Positions 47,194 through 55,968 are shown, counted from the stretch's first letter. The stretch is DNA of 61,638 nt from a virus (IMGVR_UViG_3300029309_000027:1-61638); one strand, 5' to 3'. Numbers and translations: made by a program. The notes: generated by a model from the letters alone, not told the origin.

Positions 47194-49039
47194 GCCCTGA
47201 CAAGGTACTTAAAAACTCCTTGTTAGGTTGAATGGTAAAAGAAATACGATCGAACATTTCTGCTTGCTTACCCTGCTCAGGAAAGTCCATGTTGGGGACC
47301 AGGATTTTGTTTGTCCCCCACTCTTTGAACCCCGTGCGTGACAGGTTCATAGTCATGCGGTATGGGTTCTCGATACTGGTAGGTTGACCTCCAGTTTCAG
47401 TCTCACGTACCTTTCGGACGTGTATCTCGGTCATACCCCTGGTGTGCGGGTCAGGAGCCTGTACTTTTCTGTGTATTGTCACAAAGCAGTCCGCCCTATT
47501 GACAAACTTACCACCCCCCTCAGTGTCCTCTGCATACGGGGCTTCGGGTAGCCCGTCTGCACCCTTGCGCCTTTGGGCCTCAGTTACGGCGTGCATGTTC
47601 AACCACACCGCTATATTGTGTGTGTTGCTGAAGGTCAAGAAGGCCGTGGCCGCCTCGTAGTGATAGTCGTGGGTGTTCTGCATCTCTGACCGCCGTAAGT
47701 CCAAGCGCAAGGAGTTGTAGGGGTCGATAAACACAGCATCGACCTTGTGGTGATGCACGACCTTCTCCATGAACATAATCATATCCATGTAACTGTACAC
47801 CTTGTGGTTGCCGATAATAAAGAAGTGATCGGTGACCCATTTGTAAGCAGTCTTGCGTTCGTTGTAAGTCATGTTGCCAACCTGCTTGTCGGCAATCATT
47901 TGCATCAGCGTCATCTTAATTGAAGCCGTGCGATTTTCTGCTGAGTACAGCATCCACTTCCATTCATGCCGAGCGGCAGCATTGACCATCAAGTACAGCG
48001 CAGTGGTTGTTTTTCCTACGTTGCTGTGGCCATTCAGTATGACTAACTCCTTCTTGTACTTAAAGTACTGGTCGAGCACTTGACTGCCCGTATCTAATCC
48101 CTGGGGGATGCGACCTAAACTGTAGTCGTCAATCCACTGAAAGTCTTCTTCGTGACTGGCCAGGAACGACATGTCCCCATCTTCAACACGCATGCGGCGA
48201 AGAGCCTCCTCTTCCCCCTGCATGATCTCTCTAATCGGGCGCGTCTTGCCATGCTCGATACCCTTCTGTATCGTCTCCCTGGCACCAGACTCACTCTCTA
48301 TATCGCGCTTTAAAATCTCTTTGAGCAGCACTCGATAGCACTCCTCCTCCTCCATCCTGCCAGCCGCGATGTACCCGCCGCACAATGTTGCCGCCTTGAT
48401 CAGGACGTTGTGCTTCTCCCCATCCACAGCACTGCGCACCATGCGCACTGCTATTTGTAGTTTCTCGTAGTCTGTGTGTATGACACTCGGGCCCTCGGGT
48501 TCTGCAGTCAGGGCTTCCTCAGAAACAAACTTCCCAAAGGTCCTGTACTTCGTCTTGATGATGATGTCAGGGTCATATGATTCGAAGCAAGCACGGCTCT
48601 CATTTATGCCGCTCTCGTCCAACTCCAACCCATACCTCTCATCAAAGTATCGAATGAGGGCGCGGAAGTGATCACGGTGGCGCTCAGGACTGGTCACCTT
48701 AACCAAGGCCTTGACCCCTGTGCCTGACGGGGACATCCAACAGCTTTGGATGTAATCGTCTGTGGCTAATGCTTTTTTGGTCGCCTCGACTTCGACATAA
48801 TCAAAGTCAAGAACAATGTATGCGCTGTGTTCTTCTATGTCAGAGTCGGACCTAGATGAAAACTCCCCACTGAACAATACAGCGGGGAGCCTCAGCTTTT
48901 GATCTTTATCGCCCTGACGTAGCGCCTCAACTTTTGTACGAGATCTCCCTTCCTTGATGCGTTGAAGAGCCCTCCCAAGACTTATCTTTTGAGGGTTGTT
49001 CTTGCTGAAGATGGTCTCGAAGATGGTTACGTTTTTCAT
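47156..49039 (-). CDS. Primase-helicase: BT4734/VirE-N (AEP-like) domain fused to DnaB-like helicase
   Basis: LPAVLFSGEF...VLDFD...SPSGTGVK; Walker A GHSNVGKT; Walker B FIDP; KVR finger. Confidence 0.85.
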   Translation of the reverse strand: MKNVTIFETIFSKNNPQKISLGRALQRIKEGRSRTKVEALRQGDKDQKLRLPAVLFSGEFSSRSDSDIEEHSAYIVLDFDYVEVEATKKALATDDYIQSCWMSPSGTGVKALVKVTSPERHRDHFRALIRYFDERYGLELDESGINESRACFESYDPDIIIKTKYRTFGKFVSEEALTAEPEGPSVIHTDYEKLQIAVRMVRSAVDGEKHNVLIKAATLCGGYIAAGRMEEEECYRVLLKEILKRDIESESGARETIQKGIEHGKTRPIREIMQGEEEALRRMRVEDGDMSFLASHEEDFQWIDDYSLGRIPQGLDTGSQVLDQYFKYKKELVILNGHSNVGKTTTALYLMVNAAARHEWKWMLYSAENRTASIKMTLMQMIADKQVGNMTYNERKTAYKWVTDHFFIIGNHKVYSYMDMIMFMEKVVHHHKVDAVFIDPYNSLRLDLRRSEMQNTHDYHYEAATAFLTFSNTHNIAVWLNMHAVTEAQRRKGADGLPEAPYAEDTEGGGKFVNRADCFVTIHRKVQAPDPHTRGMTEIHVRKVRETETGGQPTSIENPYRMTMNLSRTGFKEWGTNKILVPNMDFPEQGKQAEMFDRISFTIQPNKEFLSTLSGHEEEESSEASEP

Positions 49040-49289
49040 CTCGGGCAATAATGAGGAGGACAAGATAACCGACTAAGTCGAGTAGGGTATCCTCCGTTCG
49101 ATCGTCCAAGCCCACGTTTGCAATACGCTTCAACTTGTCGTCGATACGGTTTCGTATCCCATACTCAGCGTTAGCCTGAGAGAAGATGTTGAGCGGTGAC
49201 AAAGCGCTGTCACCGTAAGCATCATTCTTCTCAAGAAGCAACTCCCTGATTTGATTACAGGCCGCTGATATCTGGTCTCTTCTTGTCAT
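48927..49289 (-). CDS. Nucleotide-modification-associated domain 1 (DUF1599/Nmad1) protein
   Basis: KNDAYGDS...RIDDKLKR...EDTLLDLVGY. Confidence 0.8.
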   Translation of the reverse strand: MTRRDQISAACNQIRELLLEKNDAYGDSALSPLNIFSQANAEYGIRNRIDDKLKRIANVGLDDRTEDTLLDLVGYLVLLIIARDEKRNHLRDHLQQEQPSKDKSWEGSSTHQGREISYKS

Positions 49290-49521
49290 CCTTATTGTTT
49301 TCTCTACCTAACACGATGGTATCAAGGATCTCTACAACCTCCAGTGGTTGGTGCTTGGCCTTGCTCTTCTTGTACAGTTTCCTGTGAAGGCGGTTTCTCG
49401 TGTGTTCGCTGTCAGACAAGATGTCCTCGGCTCGCACAGTCTTTACAATGGCCCACTCCTCACTGAAGGCGTCACGTCCGTGACGCTTGTACTTGACCTT
49501 GATGTCGTGGTAGTAGATCAA
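49255..49521 (-). CDS. Hypothetical protein
   Basis: 88 aa in operon. Confidence 0.65.
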   Translation of the reverse strand: MIYYHDIKVKYKRHGRDAFSEEWAIVKTVRAEDILSDSEHTRNRLHRKLYKKSKAKHQPLEVVEILDTIVLGRENNKDDKKRPDISGL

Positions 49522-49839
49522 TTAGAAAGGTAAGTCGTCACTAAGTGTGGCGGCAGCCGCCACTGTGGAGGCCTGTTGCTTCTTGGCTCTCGCCTCCTGA
49601 GCACCCTCACTGTTTGGGTCATAGACCCTGCAGCATGCCTTACCTGCCTTACTCATAAAGAGTGTGAGGTATACGTTCCCACCACCACGGTCCGTGGTCT
49701 TGGTAACATACTTCTCAAGCATATCCTTGAGTTCATGGTCCTTCAACTTCACTCTCCAGCTACGGATTTCTCCGTTGTCATTCATTGAAGGCTCGTCTGT
49801 CCAGCCGACGAGAACGCTATCTTGTTTAAGTTCGCTCAT
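49522..49839 (-). CDS. Single-stranded DNA-binding protein-like
   Basis: Acidic tail DDLPF; adjacent to Sak and exonuclease; start MSELKQ at 49839. Confidence 0.7.
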   Translation of the reverse strand: MSELKQDSVLVGWTDEPSMNDNGEIRSWRVKLKDHELKDMLEKYVTKTTDRGGGNVYLTLFMSKAGKACCRVYDPNSEGAQEARAKKQQASTVAAAATLSDDLPF

Positions 49840-49893
49840 GGCTACAAAAAATATAAGGATCCCAATATAAAGACCATGCCCCAATAGATGAAC

Positions 49894-50679
49894 TCAAACA
49901 ATGAATCTCGCGAACCCATCTTGTTCACTTTCGTCTGTTGATAACCACTCCTTGATGTTTTCAAGGGCCTCGGCGAACTTCATCTCTCCATCAAACAGGG
50001 TCTTCTCACTGCAGGTTACCAAGCCAGGGTAGTACGGATCGTTCTTCTCCTGGACTAACCAGTAGAACTCCTTCTTCCCTGTGACTAGGGTGTAGATGTA
50101 CGCCTGGATATCATAGCAGAAGCTTCGAACATCGTACTTGAACTTGTCCATTGATCGGGAAGACTTGCTGTCCAGGACGAAGTCCACATGCAAGTAATCA
50201 ATAAATCCTTTGAGTGGGACTCCATCTACATCTTCATTAAACATGACCTGTGGTTGACCGCCAGACAGGACGCTGTCAAGCAGTCCTTCTTGGTCAAGCC
50301 TTTCGATCATCTGTTGCGCTTTCGCGTAGTCCTCTTGTGGGACTGGAGTCAACCCTTCCTGAACCACAGTGTCCTTTAGCTTCTCGATCAAGCTTTTGAA
50401 CTCCTTGGTGGACTTCGGACGAGACGACATCTTAGTGGCGTTACTACACTCTTTCAGAATGTAGTCCTCATCAATGACGGCATACGTCTTTTCAAACTCT
50501 GATGGAGTCAGAAGTAGACAGTCGTAGAGAGAACCGAAGTACAGGGCCTCGCTCTCCTTCCTTGTCTCCCCACGCATGTACATGTCGAAGTATCGCATGT
50601 CACCCAGGGCGTGCTTGAGTGAAGAGTACGACAGGTGCTCCTTACCGTACCTCTCCTTAAGTTGATCTCGCATACTCAT
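49894..50679 (-). CDS. RecE/exonuclease VIII-like PD-(D/E)XK nuclease (DUF3799-like)
   Basis: LSYSSLK, FGSLYD, KGFIDY...DSKS, YDIQAYIY. Confidence 0.85.
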   Translation of the reverse strand: MSMRDQLKERYGKEHLSYSSLKHALGDMRYFDMYMRGETRKESEALYFGSLYDCLLLTPSEFEKTYAVIDEDYILKECSNATKMSSRPKSTKEFKSLIEKLKDTVVQEGLTPVPQEDYAKAQQMIERLDQEGLLDSVLSGGQPQVMFNEDVDGVPLKGFIDYLHVDFVLDSKSSRSMDKFKYDVRSFCYDIQAYIYTLVTGKKEFYWLVQEKNDPYYPGLVTCSEKTLFDGEMKFAEALENIKEWLSTDESEQDGFARFIV

Positions 50680-51284
50680 CGCACAAACTTCAAGAGTCCT
50701 GCCTGCTGTGCATCGGACAGCTGGTCACCGTACTTTTTAACGATAGCATCATAAGACTTGCGCTTGTCTTTCGCACCCTTGATGTGGTGGACAGCTTTCT
50801 CCATGATGTCCTCGACAAGGGCCTCCTGCTTTTGTGGTGCCGCCTTCTTGACAGCAGACTTCTTAGCAGGGGCCTTCTTCTCCTCCTCAGACGGCACATC
50901 CTCACCCGTCCAAAGAGACAGGCCTAGACCGTGCAGTGCTATCGCCTTGGCAGTAGCCCTTTGGATCGTCTTGTTGACATCCGTGCTAGTCATCTTGTCT
51001 ACAGACACAGCGTTGTTTCGGAAGTCCATCACTGGGAGCATGTCGATATGCTCGACACCCTTGACGGTCACCCCTACTTTAACGTAGGCGGTACGCCCGT
51101 CGGTAAAGAAGTTCAGGCCCGTAGCAGGGTCTTCATACACCTTCCTGGTTGAGTCAGGATATTTCTGCATGAGCAGGTGCCAGGCGTTGGCCCATGACAG
51201 GTAGTCGAGTTGACCCTTGCGCTCGACCTTGGGTCGAACGTCGATTGAACTGAGGATCGCGTAGGTTGGTTTTGCGTTAGGCAT
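50676..51284 (-). CDS. sak: Sak (Rad52-like, DUF1071) single-strand annealing protein
   Basis: YLSWANAW...LPVMD...NKTIQRATAKAIALHGLGLSLWTGED. Confidence 0.9.
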   Translation of the reverse strand: MPNAKPTYAILSSIDVRPKVERKGQLDYLSWANAWHLLMQKYPDSTRKVYEDPATGLNFFTDGRTAYVKVGVTVKGVEHIDMLPVMDFRNNAVSVDKMTSTDVNKTIQRATAKAIALHGLGLSLWTGEDVPSEEEKKAPAKKSAVKKAAPQKQEALVEDIMEKAVHHIKGAKDKRKSYDAIVKKYGDQLSDAQQAGLLKFVR

Positions 51285-51286
51285 TA

Positions 51287-51901
51287 TTAAAATTGAATTG
51301 AATTGTAAAGGGGCGAAACCAAACCACGGCCTGCGCCTTGTGCTCTGATCCTCGCCATTGCGTTCATAAAATCGTCTTGGTTTAGTTCTGCGAGATACTC
51401 ATCCCAAACTTTAAAGACCTCTGTAATTAACTCTTTTGCGGCGATCATGTGCTGCATGTCTACCTCTCTCTGCTTTCTATCGCTGAGTTGAAGCGGCTTG
51501 ACATCTGGTATGCGAGCCCTCAAGTCTTTGTACGCAAGCTCAAACTTGTGGCTGTACACGGGGTCCGTCTCTCTCAGCTGATCACACCTCTTCATGGCAT
51601 TGATCACTGTGCTATGGTCCCTGCCTATCATCGACCCGATGGACGACAACGAGGTCTTAGGGCAGGCCATTCTACACAGGTAAAACACAGCATGCCTGGC
51701 ATCCATGACGTTAACGTTTCTATCCCTGCTTACTATTCGCTCCTCATCCACATCAAAGTGGTAAGACACCACACTCAACACCGTGTCGAACAGGGTCTGG
51801 GTCATTCCAACTTTTACTTTAAACTCTGTGGCCATGGCATTGATTTGATAGCGCCTTGCGTTAACTCGCAGTGCTAGTTTTTCTCTTTCCTTTTTGTTCA
51901 T
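51287..51901 (-). CDS. Protein with DnaA C-terminal (domain IV) HTH
   Basis: IVSRDR...ARHAVFYL...SLSSIG...GRDHSTVI; no AAA+ domain. Confidence 0.85.
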   Translation of the reverse strand: MNKKEREKLALRVNARRYQINAMATEFKVKVGMTQTLFDTVLSVVSYHFDVDEERIVSRDRNVNVMDARHAVFYLCRMACPKTSLSSIGSMIGRDHSTVINAMKRCDQLRETDPVYSHKFELAYKDLRARIPDVKPLQLSDRKQREVDMQHMIAAKELITEVFKVWDEYLAELNQDDFMNAMARIRAQGAGRGLVSPLYNSIQF

Positions 51902-52266
51902 CTTGGTATAAAAATCATGCGACCATACGTCATGAGTCGCTGGTACTCCTTGTTGTCGATGTCCTCATTGTTTGAGTTGCACCAGTGCGGTGCTTTGCGA
52001 GGGTTGTATAAACAGAACCCGTTCACATCAGGGAGGCCATCAAACAAGCGGGGTTGAACCTCTATGCGCTCACACTCCACCCAAGCACAGACCGTCTTGT
52101 TCTCTCCTGAACGTATGCGATCTGCTGTCTTACGATGGTTGCGAAGCTTGGCCCCGTACATATCGAGGTGTACGTCTTCAGGGTCGTAGTACTCTACCTC
52201 TTTGCCGTCCCTGACTTGCCAACGCTGGTAGTTTGGGCCCTTGGCAAGGTGAAATCTAACTCTCAT
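51898..52266 (-). CDS. Hypothetical protein
   Basis: Start MRVRFHLAKG; KTVCAW and YNPRKAPHW motifs. Confidence 0.7.
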   Translation of the reverse strand: MRVRFHLAKGPNYQRWQVRDGKEVEYYDPEDVHLDMYGAKLRNHRKTADRIRSGENKTVCAWVECERIEVQPRLFDGLPDVNGFCLYNPRKAPHWCNSNNEDIDNKEYQRLMTYGRMIFIPR

Positions 52267-52439
52267 TTCTTCTTCTTTTCTGCTCTCTTCTTCGCTCGTC
52301 TTGAAAAGCGAGAGTCTGACTTCACAAACCACTCCTGGCGTGATGTGACCCCGACAGTCTTTACTCTTTTCACACTGTGCTCCTTCTCGAAGCGCATGTT
52401 GTCCTGGCTGTCGGAGATATCATTGATTTTATGTCCCAT
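52263..52439 (-). CDS. 58-aa basic hypothetical protein (absent from ORF track)
   Basis: MGHKINDISD...KRAEKKKK; ATGA overlap with the next gene. Confidence 0.6.
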   Translation of the reverse strand: MGHKINDISDSQDNMRFEKEHSVKRVKTVGVTSRQEWFVKSDSRFSRRAKKRAEKKKK

Positions 52440-52443
52440 GTTT

Positions 52444-52662
52444 TCAGATGTCGAGGGTGTCGTTCTTCTTCCACTCCTGTCTCTCAGGGTGGAGCTGGTC
52501 CAGTATCTTCTGATACCTGCGACTGTACTTCTCGGCCACTGACTTGTCTACGGGGTCAGTGCTGAGTCTCTCGAGCGATGTCTGAAGGTCGAAGATGAGG
52601 TCTTGCATCTTCTCTATCCCCTTCCACTGGGCCATGTTTAGTTCTACTGTGTCTTTACCCAT
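52444..52662 (-). CDS. Hypothetical protein
   Basis: Start MGKDTVELN; near-consensus box CATATTTG at 52680-52687. Confidence 0.65.
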   Translation of the reverse strand: MGKDTVELNMAQWKGIEKMQDLIFDLQTSLERLSTDPVDKSVAEKYSRRYQKILDQLHPERQEWKKNDTLDI

Positions 52663-52711
52663 GATGAATTCAATTGCGGCAAATATGAACTTTGTTAACC
52701 GACCGTGCAAA

Positions 52712-53026
52712 TTAATTTTCACTTGTTGGTGGGGTGGGGATAAACTTGTCGGCGAGGTGGACGATCTGATCATGGATCTTCTGCTTACCCCCCTTGATGC
52801 CGAAGTATTGCTTCACCTGACGGATCTGCCATCCACGGTGCGGCTTTATACCTTTCATGTACATGCGCATGTCACGTCGTGTGATGAGCAGGTTATACAC
52901 GCACTGCTTGACGTCAACTCCGTTGATGTTGATCGTCCTTGCATCGGGGTCATTGATCTCTTGCCAGAACGGGGCGCTGGCATCAGCCTTCATATCGCCT
53001 GGGCTTGGTTTCTTTTTGTGACTCAT
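52712..53026 (-). CDS. Hypothetical protein
   Basis: GIKPHRGWQIRQVKQYFGIKG motif. Confidence 0.7.
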   Translation of the reverse strand: MSHKKKPSPGDMKADASAPFWQEINDPDARTININGVDVKQCVYNLLITRRDMRMYMKGIKPHRGWQIRQVKQYFGIKGGKQKIHDQIVHLADKFIPTPPTSEN

Positions 53027-53174
53027 TGTCTTGGATGTATATCTTGAGTTTTGCATTGTAGTTATCTACGGCTGCTGACAGCAAGACCGCTAACATTCGG
53101 TTGTCGGGGTCGTCCTTCAGCTCTTCCGTTAGCTGCTCTATCCGCCCCCACAGTTCATCGAGGTGTTGCTTCAT
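52983..53174 (-). CDS. Hypothetical helical protein
   Basis: 63 aa, early cluster. Confidence 0.55.
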   Translation of the reverse strand: MKQHLDELWGRIEQLTEELKDDPDNRMLAVLLSAAVDNYNAKLKIYIQDNESQKETKPRRYEG

Positions 53175-53394
53175 GGGGTTTCTGTTCTTTTTCGAGGTTA
53201 GCGGCGCTCACCCAAACGTTGACGTTTCCAGTCTCGTCCCTCAGTTCCTCTAAGGTGGAGGCTAGGTTGCGGCAAACACGCGCCCTTAGTGGATCCATCT
53301 TCGGGTTGTGCCAATCACTGATGAGGCTGTCGATGATGTCGTCTACGATACCCTTGTGTGTACTTATGTAGTCTGCTTCTGTGTACTTCTCCAT
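53155..53394 (-). CDS. Hypothetical protein
   Basis: Start MEKYTEAD. Confidence 0.6.
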   Translation of the reverse strand: MEKYTEADYISTHKGIVDDIIDSLISDWHNPKMDPLRARVCRNLASTLEELRDETGNVNVWVSAANLEKEQKPHEATPR

Positions 53395-53396
53395 GC

Positions 53397-53663
53397 TTAT
53401 TTGGTCTGCGGGGGTTTGGTCGCGCCTGGCCACTCGTCACCTGCCACCCCCCACGATCGGGAGAGCGGGACGCCTCGGTCACGATCGTGATCGTTCAGTG
53501 CGTCGGCTATCTTCTGCGCCTCGTTCAAGGTGTATCGCTTTGCCTCCTCCAACGTGGGGCTAGTGCCGACACCCTCGTCGGTGTAGTACAAGGTGTTCAT
53601 GTCACGTCCGTTGTTCTGAAAGACAACGTACTTCTGTCTTGGGGGGAGTTTTGTTTTACTCAT
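53397..53663 (-). CDS. Hypothetical protein
   Basis: 88 aa, early cluster. Confidence 0.6.
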   Translation of the reverse strand: MSKTKLPPRQKYVVFQNNGRDMNTLYYTDEGVGTSPTLEEAKRYTLNEAQKIADALNDHDRDRGVPLSRSWGVAGDEWPGATKPPQTK

Positions 53664-53669
53664 ATGGTT

Positions 53670-53909
53670 TTATCTAATGGTGTATCCTCCGTGTTCTACA
53701 GCAGTGCAGTGAATCGCTCCGCCGTCATTGCCCTCGTCATCCCGCATGGGGACCAGGAAGGTTTTGTCATCAAGAAGCATGACCACTGGCCTGTTGTACC
53801 AGCCCCAATCATCTGCTTCTTTCTTTGTCATGTAGCGCACCTCAACGATCTTGCGACCCTTGAGTGCGGCACGCATCTTCTCTGCGTGCTCTTTGTCTGT
53901 TCTATTCAT
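53670..53909 (-). CDS. Hypothetical protein
   Basis: LKGRKIVEVRYM...PMRDDEGNDGGA motif. Confidence 0.7.
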   Translation of the reverse strand: MNRTDKEHAEKMRAALKGRKIVEVRYMTKKEADDWGWYNRPVVMLLDDKTFLVPMRDDEGNDGGAIHCTAVEHGGYTIR

Positions 53910-54418
53910 AGTTCTTCTGCTGTTCCGTAAGCAATCGCCTTCACCCACGTACCTACTGGTGCGATGGGGTACACGGTGTACTTCCAAGTGTATTTATGTT
54001 CATCTTCTTTCTTGAGGGTCATCCTGTATGTGGTCCCGTCGATCTCGATCTGTCGCTCGGCCTGCATATCCCACGCCTCGTCCTCAGTGAGGTCGATGTC
54101 CTCATGGCCTTCGAGTTTACCCTCCAGCCTGAGCCACGTCACGTCCCTCTCATAGTACTCCTCACCTGAGATGTCACCGAGCCCTGGCATCTTGTCGAGC
54201 GGGTGCTTGGTGATGTGGTAGTAGATGCGGTTGACGTAGTGCCAACCCATAGCGAAAGAGATGCCACCACCCGTATCTAATGCGGTGATGACACGGTTCT
54301 CCTCGGCTGCTTTCTTGACCTCTTCGTACTCCTCCCCGAAGGTCTCCCACTGGTCACCCTGTGTAGGGTTCACATGGTTGGGGATGAGTTCGATCTTGTC
54401 GAATTGTTCTTCAGTCAT
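53906..54418 (-). CDS. Hypothetical acidic protein
   Basis: WETFGEE...GWHYVNRIYY motif. Confidence 0.7.
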   Translation of the reverse strand: MTEEQFDKIELIPNHVNPTQGDQWETFGEEYEEVKKAAEENRVITALDTGGGISFAMGWHYVNRIYYHITKHPLDKMPGLGDISGEEYYERDVTWLRLEGKLEGHEDIDLTEDEAWDMQAERQIEIDGTTYRMTLKKEDEHKYTWKYTVYPIAPVGTWVKAIAYGTAEEL

Positions 54419-54633
54419 CGTGATTTTTTGAGTTCATCTATTGGGGCTGCGTGTGATTCCCAAAATTGAATTTCTTCGTCGTGGATTCGGAAGCTCGTCG
54501 CCACGCCAAGGCCTTCGTTCCACACCTCGTCCAACCACACGCCGTGGTCGTCAGGCGCTCCCTGTACATGTGAGGCTTGGAATCCCTCTTCTTGCAGGGC
54601 CTTGACTGCCCGCTCGCATTGTTCTTGTGTCAT
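54415..54633 (-). CDS. Hypothetical protein
   Basis: 72 aa, coupled. Confidence 0.65.
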   Translation of the reverse strand: MTQEQCERAVKALQEEGFQASHVQGAPDDHGVWLDEVWNEGLGVATSFRIHDEEIQFWESHAAPIDELKKSR

Positions 54634-54644
54634 GTGTTCTTGTG

Positions 54645-54959
54645 TTAGATGTTGTGGATGCCACCCATCTCTTCGATGTATTCCTCCATGACCTCTCGGT
54701 CATCGATGTCTCGCCAGTGAATCTTGCGGTCGTCATACATCGGGTGGGCGTGACCTTCCAGCCACCGCTCGAGTACCCACTCCACGAACTTTGGGTAGCT
54801 ATGAGTGACGAAACTCCATTGGTCTTCACCTGCGAGGCCCGTGCCGTGGTTCTCGGTGACAGCCCACCATCCAATCAGCCCCCGCATACTGCCGATGTTC
54901 TCAACGGCTTCGATGTCTCTCTGTACTGTCTCCAGTACGCGCTTGTCAAAATGCTTCAT
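54645..54959 (-). CDS. Hypothetical protein
   Basis: 104 aa. Confidence 0.65.
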   Translation of the reverse strand: MKHFDKRVLETVQRDIEAVENIGSMRGLIGWWAVTENHGTGLAGEDQWSFVTHSYPKFVEWVLERWLEGHAHPMYDDRKIHWRDIDDREVMEEYIEEMGGIHNI

Positions 54960-54963
54960 AGCT

Positions 54964-55104
54964 TCATTTTTCGTGTGCGTGATACCATAGCTTTCGGGTC
55001 ACCACGGGGACTACCCATATGGTGTCAGTGACAGGGTCTTTGTACTCCAGCCAATCGCCCTCATCCTTGAGGAATACAAGGCGCTTTTGAATTTCTTCAT
55101 TCAT
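54964..55104 (-). CDS. 46-aa hypothetical protein (absent from ORF track)
   Basis: MNEEIQKRLVFLKDEGDWLEYKDPVTDTIWVVPVVTRKLWYHAHEK fills the gap. Confidence 0.55.
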   Translation of the reverse strand: MNEEIQKRLVFLKDEGDWLEYKDPVTDTIWVVPVVTRKLWYHAHEK

Positions 55105-55291
55105 GATTGTTTATGATATCGTCGGGTCCATCAAAGATTGCTTTATCGACTTCCTCTAACGGAGTGTTGTCAAGTCGGTCCAGCCTGTCCTGAAGCGCGT
55201 CACGCAGGTCAGAGTAGGTCAGGTCAGAAGCATCTTGCTTCTCGTGTTGCGCCTCGAAGGCGATGGTGAATACGGAGATGTACTTCTTCAT
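55097..55291 (-). CDS. Hypothetical protein
   Basis: 64 aa. Confidence 0.65.
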   Translation of the reverse strand: MKKYISVFTIAFEAQHEKQDASDLTYSDLRDALQDRLDRLDNTPLEEVDKAIFDGPDDIINNHE

Positions 55292-55294
55292 GTT

Positions 55295-55495
55295 TCAGTA
55301 ATCAGGTGATTCGTGTATGATAAATTCTTCGATGCACTCGTACTCGCTTTTGGTTTCGACGTTGTACTTGGATTCAAGAAACTCTTTGTATATCTCGGAT
55401 GCTAGCCCCCACTTGGTGTCGAGAGCTTGGTCAACTAAGGAGTCGTCACGACATTCCAACAGGTGGAGCGTAACGTATATGTAGTACGGGTTCAT
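55295..55495 (-). CDS. Hypothetical protein
   Basis: Start MNPYYIY; KSEYECIEEF. Confidence 0.6.
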   Translation of the reverse strand: MNPYYIYVTLHLLECRDDSLVDQALDTKWGLASEIYKEFLESKYNVETKSEYECIEEFIIHESPDY

Positions 55496-55662
55496 GCTTG
55501 CTCGTTTTTCCATTGGTCAGCGCGAAAGGCGGTTTCCGCTTTTGAGATTTCGACGTAGACCTCGAAGCCTACGTGAACGTATACCGACCCGTCTTTTTCG
55601 TATGCGTCCACATCAATAGACTCGAAGTGCTTGAGGCAATCCTTTATTACAATCTTGTTCAT
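55492..55662 (-). CDS. 56-aa hypothetical protein (absent from ORF track)
   Basis: MNKIVIKDCLKHF...WKNEQA; ATGA overlap with the next gene. Confidence 0.6.
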   Translation of the reverse strand: MNKIVIKDCLKHFESIDVDAYEKDGSVYVHVGFEVYVEISKAETAFRADQWKNEQA

Positions 55663-55676
55663 GTGTTCTGTGTTTG

Positions 55677-55771
55677 TGATGCGGGAGGGAATCGAACCCT
55701 CCAGTGTAATCTGTCACTTGGGCATTCGCGTTACCCGACTGGAACCATACACTTTCCGCCACTTCGCATCA
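55677..55771 (-). ncRNA. tRNA-like RNA lacking a D-stem, with an extended anticodon arm
   Basis: TGATGCG/CGCATCA acceptor; GAGGG-TTCGATT-CCCTC T-arm; AGTGTA/TACACT helix. Confidence 0.7.
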
Positions 55772-55774
55772 TGT

Positions 55775-55968
55775 AGTAGGCGCTTGGCTCTTCGGCGGCC
55801 TACCGTGTGAGTAACTCTCAAGACATTACCTGTCGGGAAACCCGATATAATGTGAGAGTATAAACCTTGCCCCTGTCGAACCCAGTCGGGGTATTTCTCA
55901 CGCCGCTCATCCGTGGAGTGTCAGCTCCCGATGAGTGTTGCACTTCTGTCTGACACATATGCAACAGG
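55775..55968 (-). ncRNA. Putative structured RNA with kissing loop
   Basis: Five helices in a 200-nt gene-free gap; loop-loop complementarity TGTCAG/CTGACA; strand inferred from context. Confidence 0.55.

Noticed and set aside
49845-49853. Promoter box before the SSB gene
   Set aside because: Reads TATTTTTTG, one T longer than consensus; could be a homopolymer error, so not called.
55677-55900. tmRNA gene (GACTGGGTTCGACAG resembles a tmRNA 5' loop)
   Set aside because: No GGGG...CCACCA alanyl acceptor with G3-U70 and no tag reading frame identified.
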